Origin: Octopus sinensis
Taxonomy: Eukaryota
Direction: 5' to 3'
Length of the DNA: 64,000 nucleotides
Assembly: GCF_006345805.1 (NCBI RefSeq)
Contig: NC_043006.1
Coordinates: 52,886,001 to 52,950,000 of the forward strand
Positions 26,942 to 38,157 of the stretch are shown here, in pieces (position 1 is the stretch's first letter; each line of letters begins with the position of its first letter). The translations under genes and the position numbers were made by a program. A model generated the notes under the pieces. The model saw nothing but the letters and a program-made list of their open reading frames with translations, was not told where the DNA came from and did not search any database.

Positions 26942-29517
26942 TCAAGTCATCCAATCAGTTCTGTCAAATTTTACCTTTTTTTTAGATTTGAATGAAATCT
27001 AATAGTATTTTCAAATGTCTAATTTAATTAAAAATTATTTTTATACATTCGTGTACGTTTAAACTAATTCAATATTGTTTTACAAAATAATAGAGGGTGT
27101 CCACAAAGTCTGCGTACATGGGGATTAACACATACTTTTAAAACAAAACAATTTTATTTAATTATAATGTTAATAAATAATATTTTCAAAGTGACTTCCA
27201 TCATTTTCAATGGGTAACTTGATGCGCCTTGCAAAATTCAGGTGAACTTGATTAAATAAGTCTACATTGCCATCAATTCCAGCACACTGACTGGTAATGC
27301 GTTCTCTCATGTGTTTTAAATCTGTAATCTTTATTGAGTAAACTTTCTCTTTCAACATACCCAGAAAAAGAAATCAAGGGAGAAAAGGTCTGGTGAACGA
27401 GGGGACCATTCCATATGACCCCTTCTTCCAATCTAGTGCGGAAAAGTGTCATTAAGCCAATCTCTAACAGTTGTGGCAAAATGGGTAGGGGCTCCATCCT
27501 GCTGAAACCAATTCGGAAGGCCCACGCCTAGGCGCTCAATTTGAGATGTTAATTTGTCTCTCAATATGTTTACATAAGTCTCATCCGTTACATGTTCAAT
27601 GAAGAAGGGTCCTAGAACATGAGCTTTCCACAAACAACACCACACCATCACCTTTTTGCTGCCTTGCTGTTTGGATGGATCCATCCAATGTGGATTGCCT
27701 CGAGACCAGTATAGAAGATTCTGCCTGTTGACCTCACCATTTACATAAAACGTAGCTTTGTCACTGAACAACACAAAGTTTTTCGTAAAATTGATATTTT
27801 CATCCAATTTATCTGAAAACCATTCGCACGTCTACATTCGTCTATTAGGGTCTACTTCATTTAAGTGATGCAATATCGGTAGGTTATATCGATGAAACTT
27901 TTCCTCAACCAGCATTTTGTGGATGGTTGGTTTTGGAACACCTAACACCGTGGATGTCCGACGAAGTGATTTCTTTAGGCTAGCAGAAAATTTAGCCATG
28001 ACAGCCTCTTTCGTTTCATCTGAAGTCTTTAGTCGCCCGGAACGGGGTTTATGCAAAACACTGCCTGTTTCTTTAAATTTCTTGATCAATTACCCGACGG
28101 CAGTAAAAAAAATAGGTTGCCTATAAGGGTGTCGGAGATTAAATTCTTCCGCAATTTTGCGATAAGACCATCCCTCTCGTCCACTTAATAATACTAACTC
28201 GATTCTTTCTTCTTTAGACAGATCCATCATTCGATCTGGGATTCTTTCTTCTTTAGACAGAGCCATCATTCGATCATCTGTAGAAAAAATAACAAATAAA
28301 TTTAGAAAAGTAAAGTATTTTTTTATTTAATTTAAACAAAAGTAAAAAAGAAAAATTATTATTTCTTATATTTATTTGTTTATGTTATGATTTTATTCCA
28401 TGTACCCAGACTTCGTGGACACCCTAAAATTGCTTTGATTAAAACCCTTTCAACCTGGAAGTATCCAAGGAGCATTTAAGGCACATATAATTCTTTATGA
28501 GTACAATAAAGGTAACTCTGTAGCCGAAGTGACTCGAAACATACACTCAGTTTATGGGAAAGTGCCTAAATGAAAGAACTTGCAGGAGATCGTTTGCAAA
28601 ATTGAAGATGAATATCGAACAGGACGTCCAGTTGAGTTTGATGATAAGCTCCTTAAGGCATTACTTGAAGAAAATCCGTCATTATCAGTTGAAGAATTGG
28701 CAATAAAGCTTACTTCAAACTATACAACAGTTCATCGTCATCTTCAACAACGTGGAAAGATTCCTAAACTTGGAAAATAGGTGCCTCATGTATTGTCCGA
28801 AAGCAACCGCAAATCCCGAGTTGACATCTGCTCTTCTCTCCATTCTCGCAAACTCATTTCACCCCTTTTTCGATAGACTTGTGACGAAAAATGGATTTTC
28901 TATCGAAATGTTAAACGTCGTAAACAGTGGCTTGGTAAAAGGGAAAATGCTCAACCACAACCGAGAAGGGAACTTCATAGGAAAAAGGTTTTTCTCTCTA
29001 TCTGGTGCGATTGCAAAGGCGTAATTCACTTTATATTGTTACAATCAATGCTCAAGTCTACTGTCAGCAATTAGAGCGTTTGAACCAAGCTTTGGAGGAA
29101 AAAAGAGCCGCTTTAGTGAATCGAAAACGAATGATGTTTCATCAGGACAATGCGCAATACCACACTGCAATGATCACATCACAGAAGATCGAAGAGGTCG
29201 GTTTGGAAAAATTTCTTCATGCAACTTATTCTCCCGACCTTACTCCTTCAGGATACCATTTGTTTCATAGTTTACAGAATTATTAGGGGGACACAACTTT
29301 CGTAAGCCAGGAGGAGGTCGAACCTGACATTTCAGAGTTCTTCGCTTTGAAACCAAAAGAGTTTTACATTGATGGGATTAAAAAGCTTGTAAATAGATGG
29401 AAGTAAGTCATAGATAATCAAGGAAAGTACATTGATGATTAACTTTCAATTACATATAACATTTGATCACTTGTATTCTTTATCCAAAATTTGGACAGAA
29501 CTTATGGGATGACCTGA
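26942..29517 (+). mobile_element. Decayed mariner interrupted in its 5' UTR by a Tc1-like element
   Basis: TIRs tcaagtcatccaatcagttctgtc (26942) and ggacagaacttatgggatgacctga (to 29517); EVSKEHLRH N-terminus, FHQDNAQYH, YSPDLTPSGYHLF. Confidence 0.78.
27093..28425 (-). mobile_element. Tc1/mariner-superfamily element of rosa (DD41D-like) type, pseudogenised
   Basis: ~30-bp TIRs agggtgtccacaaagtctgcgtacatgg / ccatgtacccagacttcgtggacaccct; FSDKATFYVNGEVNRQN, FQQDGAPTH, IGRRG..WSPRSPDL..DFFFW; D2-D3 spacing counted as 40 in this copy. Confidence 0.8.
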
Positions 29518-29525
29518 GATATATA

Positions 29526-30075
29526 CACTGGCGAAAATATATTTAAGACCAACGATAAAAGTTCTATTTCTTACAAAATATTTTGTTACTAACACCATAC
29601 AAATAATTATTATCTTTTACACCTTATGCAAAATGTATTTCTCTTTCGAATGATGCAGACAATAACTATTTTTATACAACTTGAAGAATTCTAATTAATA
29701 TAAACTTTTCAAATTTACCGGGAAAATTAGTTTAAGACCATGTAATGTGTATGCATTTTGTTGGCCAAAATGGGTGGTCACACAACGAGCCTAAATGCAC
29801 CATACAAAGTTATAATTTAATGTTATACAATTTATTAATAATGGGAAAACAACGTAGCCTTAGTCCAGTCACGAGAGCAAAAATTGTATATTACAGCAAA
29901 AAGTTTCCTTTTCAAACATCAACAAGCAACTAAAGTGTAGTAAACCGGCTTGCATGCAAGCGTGGAAGTTATACTCGAAGACTGGTCAATACAAAGATCA
30001 GCAAAGGACTAGTAACAGAATATTTTGTAAGAAATAGAACTTTTATCATCGGTCCTAAATTTATTTTCGCCAGTG
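29526..30075 (+). mobile_element. Internally deleted Tc1-like element (MITE-like) with ~65-bp TIRs
   Basis: TA|cactggcgaaaatatatttaagacc..; ..ggtcctaaatttattttcgccagtg; internal MGKQRSLSPVTRAKIV N-terminal remnant. Confidence 0.75.
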
Positions 30076-30307
30076 TGTATATTATATATATATAATGTAT
30101 ATGATACGGGAATTTTAATGGAGATAACCTGCATTATCTAGTACAAAAGTTTTGTCTCTGTATATGAGCTAAGTATTAATTAAATGTGGTATACGATAAA
30201 AATTTCGGGTATTCGACAAAAAAATTCAGATGTAGCACATGAGGTATTATTCCATACGAATATCCACATATTTATATCAAGAGTTTCATGATAAAAATAT
30301 AGAAATA

Positions 30308-30871
30308 TTGGGTTGTCCGGAAAGTTCGTGCCGATTTATAGTAGCTTCTCTTTCGACTTATTTCAGAACATGTTTGAGTCCATGAAATAGGATTTGGCTA
30401 CACCTCCATTTAGAGCACAGTTTAAGCTATCTTTTCGTGGAAGAAGGTTTATGTTCCTATAACCTTTGTTAATTCCGTAACCCTTTAAAATAAAAGATGA
30501 GGAAGTTCATTTTCGGCACTTGAGGTTTTGGGAATCAGACAAAAATTGCTGCAGCTCGGCTGGGATGTGTTACCCCACGATCTATATTCACCAGATATTG
30601 CTCCTTCGGATTTCCACTTATTCAGGTATCTGCAGAATAGTCTTAATGGTGAAAATTTCAATTCCTTAGATGACGTAAAAAGATACCTTAATGAATTCTT
30701 TGCCTTGAAACCACCCCAATTCTGGGAACATGGTTTTTCAAGGTAAAGGAAAGATGGAAACGTATTGTGCAACGAAATGGTTCAGATTTGGTTCATTAAA
30801 AATGTAATGGCAAGTATTTAGTGACCATTTACTTTCCTTTAAAAATCGGAACGAACTTTCCGGACACTCAA
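30308..30871 (+). mobile_element. Non-autonomous mariner (564 bp) with TIRs and TA flanks
   Basis: TA|ttgggttgtccggaaagttcgtgccgattt and aaatcggaacgaactttccggacactcaa|TA; LGWDVLPHDLYSPDIAPSDFHLF. Confidence 0.85.
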
Positions 30872-31725
30872 TATAAACATAACAATGAAAAATAAAAACC
30901 TAAATTGAAAGAGGCAAGTAAAATTTTTTTCCTAACCAGCAGCCGTTTCAGAAAAGTGGTTGTACGAAGTATTCGAAATTCTGCCCTCCTTCTTCAAGGT
31001 TCCTTTCTCGAGGTAAAATTCAGTAAAAAGCAGTAAAGCACTACATGTAAGTATCAGGTTTTGAAGATTTTCAAGATTTTCACGTTTAAATAAAAAATGA
31101 AAATCATTGAAATGTTAACTTTAGTTAATCATGCAAATAAAAGCCAATGTGAATATTCCACTCTGTACAATAATAAATAAATTATTCATGATTTTAGATT
31201 TGTGCATAAGTATCCATTGGATCTAATTCAGATAGTATTTTCAAAAAGCTTTACAGTTTTATATTTTAAAAATTTAATTTTAAAGTTTAAGAAAATTATA
31301 AGACGCTAAATATATAGGCTTACAACATACTAAAATGTCTGTAATTTTATTTAATTGTATGTTTTTATTTCTATTACTAGCGTATAGTATGCTACTGGAT
31401 TCCTTGATACGAAGCCTATACGATTTGGTATATGTGTTCTATGGTGTTGATTCAGTAATTATTGATCATCGTTAATTTTACTCAATGTTAGACTGTATGA
31501 GGTGGTTAATGTATGAGGCTAATGTAACGGAATTTTTTATATAGGGGTGAATAAATGAATTCTTGTGCTGCTAAATCTATTTTTTAAATCAGTAGTACTC
31601 CCTAAATAAATTTTCCTAAGTCCGGAGCGTTAAACTAATAAACCTGTTTGCTGTTTACACACCCGTCTTCGTCTTTTGTTCGTTTCTTTTGTAAATTCCA
31701 AATATATATTCACTGATTATCAAAA

Positions 31726-32169
31726 TAAGAAATATTGAATTTCTAAATCTCTCGTAGAGACATGTACGGTGGTGGGGCGATAGAATGGTTGTATACTGTC
31801 AATCTAACAAGAACGTGACAGTGAATAGACTTCACTGAGTTTACATATATACAGATACGAAGTCCAGGCAAATATCACCAGCCGACCGGTGTCTGCTACT
31901 CTAGGCCGATGAAGGACAATGATCCTGAAACACGGTGTCCCTAGATGCGGTTCCGGCGGTTGGGGGTGTTTGTCTCCCCTTCGTATATGTATATAAGGAC
32001 ACAGGGAAAAAATGTGTCGAAGCTGTCAGGAGGCGTTCGATGCCTCCTAGGGCTATACAACGGTGGTGTACCCCCTACTGTCACATTCTTGTTAGATTGA
32101 CAGTATACAACCATTCTATCGCCCCACCACCGTACATGTCTCTACGAGAGATTTAGAAATTCAATATTT

Positions 32170-32173
<4 letters not shown>
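31726..32173. repeat. 97-bp inverted repeat (one mismatch) enclosing a 254-nt loop that contains a hammerhead
   Basis: 31726-31822 is the reverse complement of 32077-32173 except gaacgtg vs gaatgtg. Confidence 0.9.
31900..31945 (+). ncRNA. Type-I minimal hammerhead ribozyme with U4-to-C core variant
   Basis: Stem I TCTAGG/CCTAGA; CCGATGA 31906-12; stem II AGGA/TCCT; GAAA 31927-30; stem III A-CAC-g-GTG-T; GUC site ending at 31939. Confidence 0.65.
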
Positions 32174-32206
<33 letters not shown>

Positions 32207-32482
32207 ACAATTGAGGGTAAAATTAATTAATTAATCAATTTCACCAAGTGTTCAGTATGTAAAAGGACCATTTAAGGCGAATTCAAAATATTACATTATA
32301 TAATTAGGGCTTAGTAAAATAAATTACTTTGCCACATACTGAACTTAGTAGAAATAGCAGCCAAAAAAATTTTTCTTAGCATTCTACTACTTAAAGAAAA
32401 TTTCTCTCAGATAATGTTTACTCCAGACAGCTCACGAAGGTTTGGGGGTAAATACAGAAAAATATCACAAGTACGTAGATCG

Positions 32483-32545
32483 TTTGAGTACGTCAACGTT
32501 TCAAGATTAGCCAAATAAAATCAGCATTTCTTTCGTCAGCTCAAA
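32483..32545 (-). ncRNA. Type-I minimal hammerhead ribozyme, intact core, copy 1
   Basis: Minus strand: TTTGAG CTGACGA AAGA..TCTT GAAA CGT-tg-ACG TA CTCAAA; 6-bp stem I, 4-bp stem II with wobble extension, GUA cleavage site. Confidence 0.82.
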
Positions 32546-32853
32546 ATTTCTTAATTTGGATTTGGAAACACTAAAAAGCAGGAACTTTACCTATCATCGA
32601 ACTTGTCGCTTCAGATGAACCACTCCAACTAACAGTGTCAACAAATTCAAAATGCGCAGGCGTAAAATTCTGCACTCCCCATTCCACCCACGTGGTCTAT
32701 CTAGCAAACATTATATTTTAACCGCGAGAACCGAGGCAGATATATATATATACATGTATATATGTAGCTGTATATGTATACATGTATATGTATAGCTGTA
32801 TATGTATAGATGCATTTATATAGATATACATGTATGTCTAGATGTATATATAT

Positions 32854-32890
<37 letters not shown>

Positions 32891-33168
32891 CAACAATTGA
32901 GGGTAAAATTAATTAATTAATCAATTTCACCAAGTGTTCAGTATGTAAAAGGACCATTTAAGGCGAATTCAAAATATTACATTATATAATTAGGGCTTAG
33001 TAAAATAAATTACTTTGCCACATACTGAACTTAGTAGAAATAGCAGCCAAAAAAATTTTTCTTAGCATTCTACTACTTAAAGAAAATTTCTCTCAGATAA
33101 TGTTTACTCCAGACAGCTCACGAAGGTTTGGGGGTAAATACAGAAAAATATCACAAGTACGTAGATCG

Positions 33169-33231
33169 TTTGAGTACGTCAACGTTTCAAGATTAGCCAA
33201 ATAAAATCAGCATTTCTTTCGTCAGCTCAAA
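33169..33231 (-). ncRNA. Type-I minimal hammerhead ribozyme, intact core, copy 2
   Basis: Identical to 32483-32545, offset by 686 nt. Confidence 0.78.
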
Positions 33232-33536
33232 ATTTCTTAATTTGGATTTGGAAACACTAAAAAGCAGGAACTTTACCTATCATCGAACTTGTCGCTTCAG
33301 ATGAACCACTCCAACTAACAGTGTCAACAAATTCAAAATGCGCAGGCGTAAAATTCTGCACTCCCCATTCCACCCACGTGGTCTATCTAGCAAACATTAT
33401 ATTTTAACCGCGAGAACCGAGGCAGATATATATATATACATGTATATATGTAGCTGTATATGTATACATGTATATGTATAGCTGTATATGTATAGATGCA
33501 TTATATAGATATACATGTATGTCTAGATGTATATAT

Positions 33537-33602
<66 letters not shown>

Positions 33603-34679
33603 TACATGTAATATGTACACATATATATACACATATATATATGCATACATATATACACCCATACACACATACATAAGTGCAGGTGTGGCTGTGTGGTAAC
33701 AAACTTGGTTCCAAAACACATGGTTCTCAGTTCGGTCCCACTGTGTGGTAACTTGGCATGTGTCTTCTGCTATAGCCTCAGACCAACCAAAGCCTTGTCA
33801 GTGGATTTTGTAGACAGAAACTGAAAGAAATCATCAAAATGGGGACTTAACACGCACGATTTTGTCATTTTATCTAAGCAAAAACGAATACAGTTGTGCT
33901 CTTGGAAACTGTAGGGTTACCCGAACATAAAAGTTGGGCAGTATTTCTAATTCAATTGTACAACAGTGTAACAGTTTGCTTTGACATACACTTACATTGG
34001 GATTTCTGCAATGTGTTGCATAAATTGTCAAGTAAATGAGAGGCATCTTTGCCTCCACTGATTCAGTTGCAAAGTGTTGAGTAAATTTATTTGATTGCAG
34101 ACTTCCTTTCAGTCTTTTTGTTATCACTCGGTCACACATAGTCCCCAGATGGTAACATTGATTTCAAAGCCTTGCCAGATGAGTGACTGGTTATTCAAAG
34201 ACATTTATAGATTTTAAATTTATTCTGTCCAGTTACGTATCAGCATAGTGGTCATCTGCAAACTCCAGAGTTGTCACTTTAATTTCTCCTTAGCCCTCAC
34301 GTCACACAGTTGTTAATGTTGATTTCAGTTGGGTCACGCCCTTCCAATTGCTATAGATTCGTAATGCATTTTACGGCTGTGCCTGTCACCTGGATGGTGA
34401 GGAATCCTACATTGGGAGTGGCAACGTCTAGGGTAAGGTAACTGACTGCTTATTGTGATCATTTGTATTTTGGTTTCCTGTAGCTTTGCTCTCTTTTACA
34501 ACCCCAGTGAACATATATTTCTTATTTCAAAGAAATTCAAACAATAGATATAAGACCCAAGTTAAAACATTTTCAACAATTCAACTTCTCTGGTTGACAT
34601 TAAGATGCCCACTCCCAACAGGGGCCTTAACTCTCACATTTTAGAGCTCCATGACCTTCATTTTTCAGGAGCAAAATCT

Positions 34680-34914
34680 TTTTAACAGGTTCAATAGGAC
34701 TGAAATTTTGGAATATGCGCATAAAAATCAGTAGTATGGGATAAACGTGGCACGATTACGATTTTTTTTAGGGTGTGTAAAGAGGGAAATAACCCTCATC
34801 TGCAATTTTGATGAAATTCGAAACATAGATATTCAAGTTCATTACAGAAGATATAACAGAAAAGTCTAATTCTTCAATTGAATGTAACCGGGCAACGCCG
34901 GGTATCTCTGCTAG
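34680..34914 (+). mobile_element. Helitron-like 3' end
   Basis: ccgggcaacgccgggtatctctgCTAG|T; left boundary approximate. Confidence 0.5.
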
Positions 34915-35344
34915 TGATATGTAAAATTACATAGCTCTGAGTTTTCGATTCAGTCTAATCCACAACCAGGCTTCTTTTACTCCTGACTGAAGCCATGTTA
35001 TCACATACCGTCACAGATGACTTTCAAACTAAAAATATGTACTGCCAAGTTTATTTAGCACTTTAAATATCTAGCTTTATTCCAACAGAAGGAATAATAA
35101 TCATTATAATCGCAAGGACAGTAAATGACACACAAAATACTGTGCGGTATTTACTTATTTCTAAGTAGCGAGCCAAATCCATTTGTCTTTCATCCTTGAG
35201 AAGTCAATAAAATAAATACTAGTCAAGTAATAGGGTCGATTGAATTAAAAATACCCCACCACACACACATACCAATAAATCTGAGAATTTTGTGTCTATG
35301 TAACAATTATTATTGTTGTTGTTGTTGTTATAATAATAATAATA

Positions 35345-35432
<88 letters not shown>

Positions 35433-35433
<1 letters not shown>

Positions 35434-37560
35434 TATTGTCTTTGCACAGCTTCTAACGCTGGAGATGTACTTCAGTGTCAGCTGTTCACTATCAGTGAAC
35501 TAAGGTAACAACCCGTATTTTTCGACCTTCATCCGGAGTATTCGAGCGGTTCCAAACGATGCTGTTTTTCTGCAAGTGCTCCCCCATTATTGCAGCCCAT
35601 ATTTGTTCCATGTACTTCTCAAGAGTTTTACTCACTGTTCCCAGGGCTCCGACAATTATTGGTACTACTACCACCTTTTCATCGACCACAACTGCTTAAC
35701 CTCCTAAGCTAACCTGCGATATCTATCGACTTTTCTTTATCGACTCTTCTTTATCGCATACCTTGTTGTCAGCTGGGTATGCTATATCTATGATCCAGCA
35801 TCGTTTGCTTTCTTTCTCAATTAACATTATGTCGGGTTTCCTATTCTCTTTCTCATGATCGCACTGAATCATAACATCCCATAGGATCTTTGCATTATCA
35901 TTCGATGATGCCTTTCGGGTTTATGTTCGTACCACTTATTTACTCTGTCAAGCCCATACTTATTGCAGAGTGTCCAATGGACAATCCTTGCTATATCACG
36001 CCCACTCTCTTCATTGTCCATAACCTTCGTATTTCCCACTTCAAATCGTCATAGTCGTTTATTCTTTCTTCTTTCACATTGATTCTATTGTCACCGGAGC
36101 TTGCTATGTCGATTATCATACATGTTCTTTGTTTTTTATTCACCACAGCAATGTTCGGTTTCCGATGTCTGGTCAGGTGATCGCACTGGATCATTGCATC
36201 CCACAGGAGTTTGCAATTCTACATTTTCAGCAACTCCTTCTGATACCACGTCTTTGCACGTTGTAGGCCGTGATTTTCACTAAGTTCCCAATGGATCATT
36301 CTTGCCACATTGACATGGCGTCTTTTGTTGTGCCAATTTCGGGCATTCGCTAACGATGTGCCATATCGTTTCACCCCTCTCACTACACATTCTGCATTTG
36401 TCGCTATCGACATTATTGCCTATTCTGCACTTCATATAATTGGTCCTTAACGTTTGTTCCTGAGCTGCGCTTATGAGTGTTTCTGTCTCTATCTTCAAGT
36501 CACTGCTTCTCATCCATTGCCACCGGCCTGCATGTGTCTTGGCGTTCACATCTCCTTTTCCACCACTGTTGTTTATTTCCTCTTCTATCCGTTGCTGTTC
36601 TATTCTCAATAGTAGTTCTCAATCTCATCTGTTTCCGCCACAATCCTACTAGCAGCCTTGATAAAATTATTTATTTGAGTGATATTCTTTGTTTCAATGT
36701 GTCTCAGTACATTATTGATTTTATTCGTCTCTTGATTTAGACTCTATTGGTTAGCCTTCTTAAAGTCGCATATAAAGTTTTCCCTTCTGTATTTGATAGA
36801 TACAAAATTCTGTCTATTAATCGATCTTCATTGTTTGAGTAGTCACTGATCTCAGTTCTTTCTCAATTCACGGTATTATATTCTTGCAGTTGTCCATCTC
36901 TTCCACTATACCACTTTCATTTCTCGCAAGCCCAGCCTCATCCGGTATCCCTTTTTTAGTAGCTTCTAGCTTCAGTTCTGTTAACCACCCATTCTTTCGT
37001 ATTGCTCTTGCTTGGTCACATAATCTCTAGCTCCATTGTCTTCCATTCACTATGCATTCGTTTCCTGTACCCTCTGACAGGTATGCCATTAGCATCAACT
37101 CGGTATTCCGGTAGTAACATTCCATAACCATCATATTTACTTGTTTATTCTACTTATGCTTTGTAGCTGGCAAGCAATTGCTGGATTTTGACCGCCACCC
37201 CCACCCCCTACTGCACAGTGGGGCACTTACCGGGTGCGGCACCCTCACCATTGATTCCAGTCCCGTTCACACTGTTATCAACATCTATCTTGCTTGGTAT
37301 TTTCACTCACAAATGAGGTGTGTTTTTAGGTTACTACCAACCGGTATTTTTATCGAGACACCATATCTATCAAGGTAGTCTGCCATAGCACAGGGCGCTT
37401 GCTCCCCTGGTTTTGAACTCAGAGTGCTCCTACTCATAGACTGCTTGCCATCCAAGGCTAATGAGTTCAGCCTACCCAGAGAACTGGTTATGTGATGACG
37501 CCAGATACTCGCTTTTTACCTCTCTTCTGTTGGTTTGGTGAAGGAATCGGGCTTGACTGT
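35433..37560 (-). mobile_element. Second, older and internally deleted/chimeric R4/Dong-like element with two REL C-termini
   Basis: DLKIETETLISAAQEQTLRTNY, CRMCSERGETIWHIVSEC (36280-36609); KPNIAVV..IIDIA (35991-36194); second KPDIM..IIDIA and VPIIVGALG (35492-35870); N-terminal LCDQARAIRKNGWLTELKLE near 36950-37030; (ATT)n tail at 35345-35432. Confidence 0.8.
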
Positions 37561-38026
37561 CAGAGGACAGGACTTATAATACATTCATATTAGCGGGGAG
37601 GGTAGGTGGACTGCATAGGAGTGGTTGTAAACACGAAAGTGAGGTAGGTAGGTAGATACTGGACATGATGGAATACGGTCGAGTGGGAGGGAAGATGGTA
37701 GAGAAGGAGCGAAGATGGTAGGGTAGGCGAAGATGGTGGGGGGGGGCGAAGATGGTAGGGGAGGGAAAATGGTAGTAGGGAAGGGAAGATGGTAGAGGGA
37801 AGTGGAGGGCGGGCGCACTACGGCTTAGAGAAGATTTAACCAAATACGGAAGAAGCATTAGTCTGAAAAACTAGCTTATTATTTGAATTGATCAGTTGCA
37901 GTGTGATTTTGGCTGAAAACGTTTACATCTACAAAGGTAATAGAAGAAAGTGAGAGGGGGAGAAAGAGAGACAGAAAGAGAGTGGTAATAAGACAGAGAG
38001 ACAGAGAAAGAGAGGGTGAGAGAGAA

Positions 38027-38063
<37 letters not shown>

Positions 38064-38157
38064 TAGTTTTATTTTTATAGCGTGCTTTCACTTCACTACC
38101 GAGCGCAGCTCTGTGTGCCTTGGGCATGTGCTGTGATTTGTTGTGATGCTCTGATGG

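Larger units (their letters stand above)
32204..33567. repeat. Tandem duplication, 686-nt period, bounded by (TA)n
   Basis: Units start tcaacaattgagggt at 32204 and 32890; the unique parts appear identical and only microsatellite-region indels were seen. Confidence 0.9.

Noticed and set aside
33870-34440. ORF 33870-34139 and nearby splice-like sites
   Set aside because: There are conflicting candidates on both strands and only a vague CDR motif, so it is unsupported.
37150-37560. Possible HDV-like ribozyme in the 5' UTR of the second Dong remnant
   Set aside because: The nested double pseudoknot could not be built by eye; it would need an RNArobo or Infernal search.
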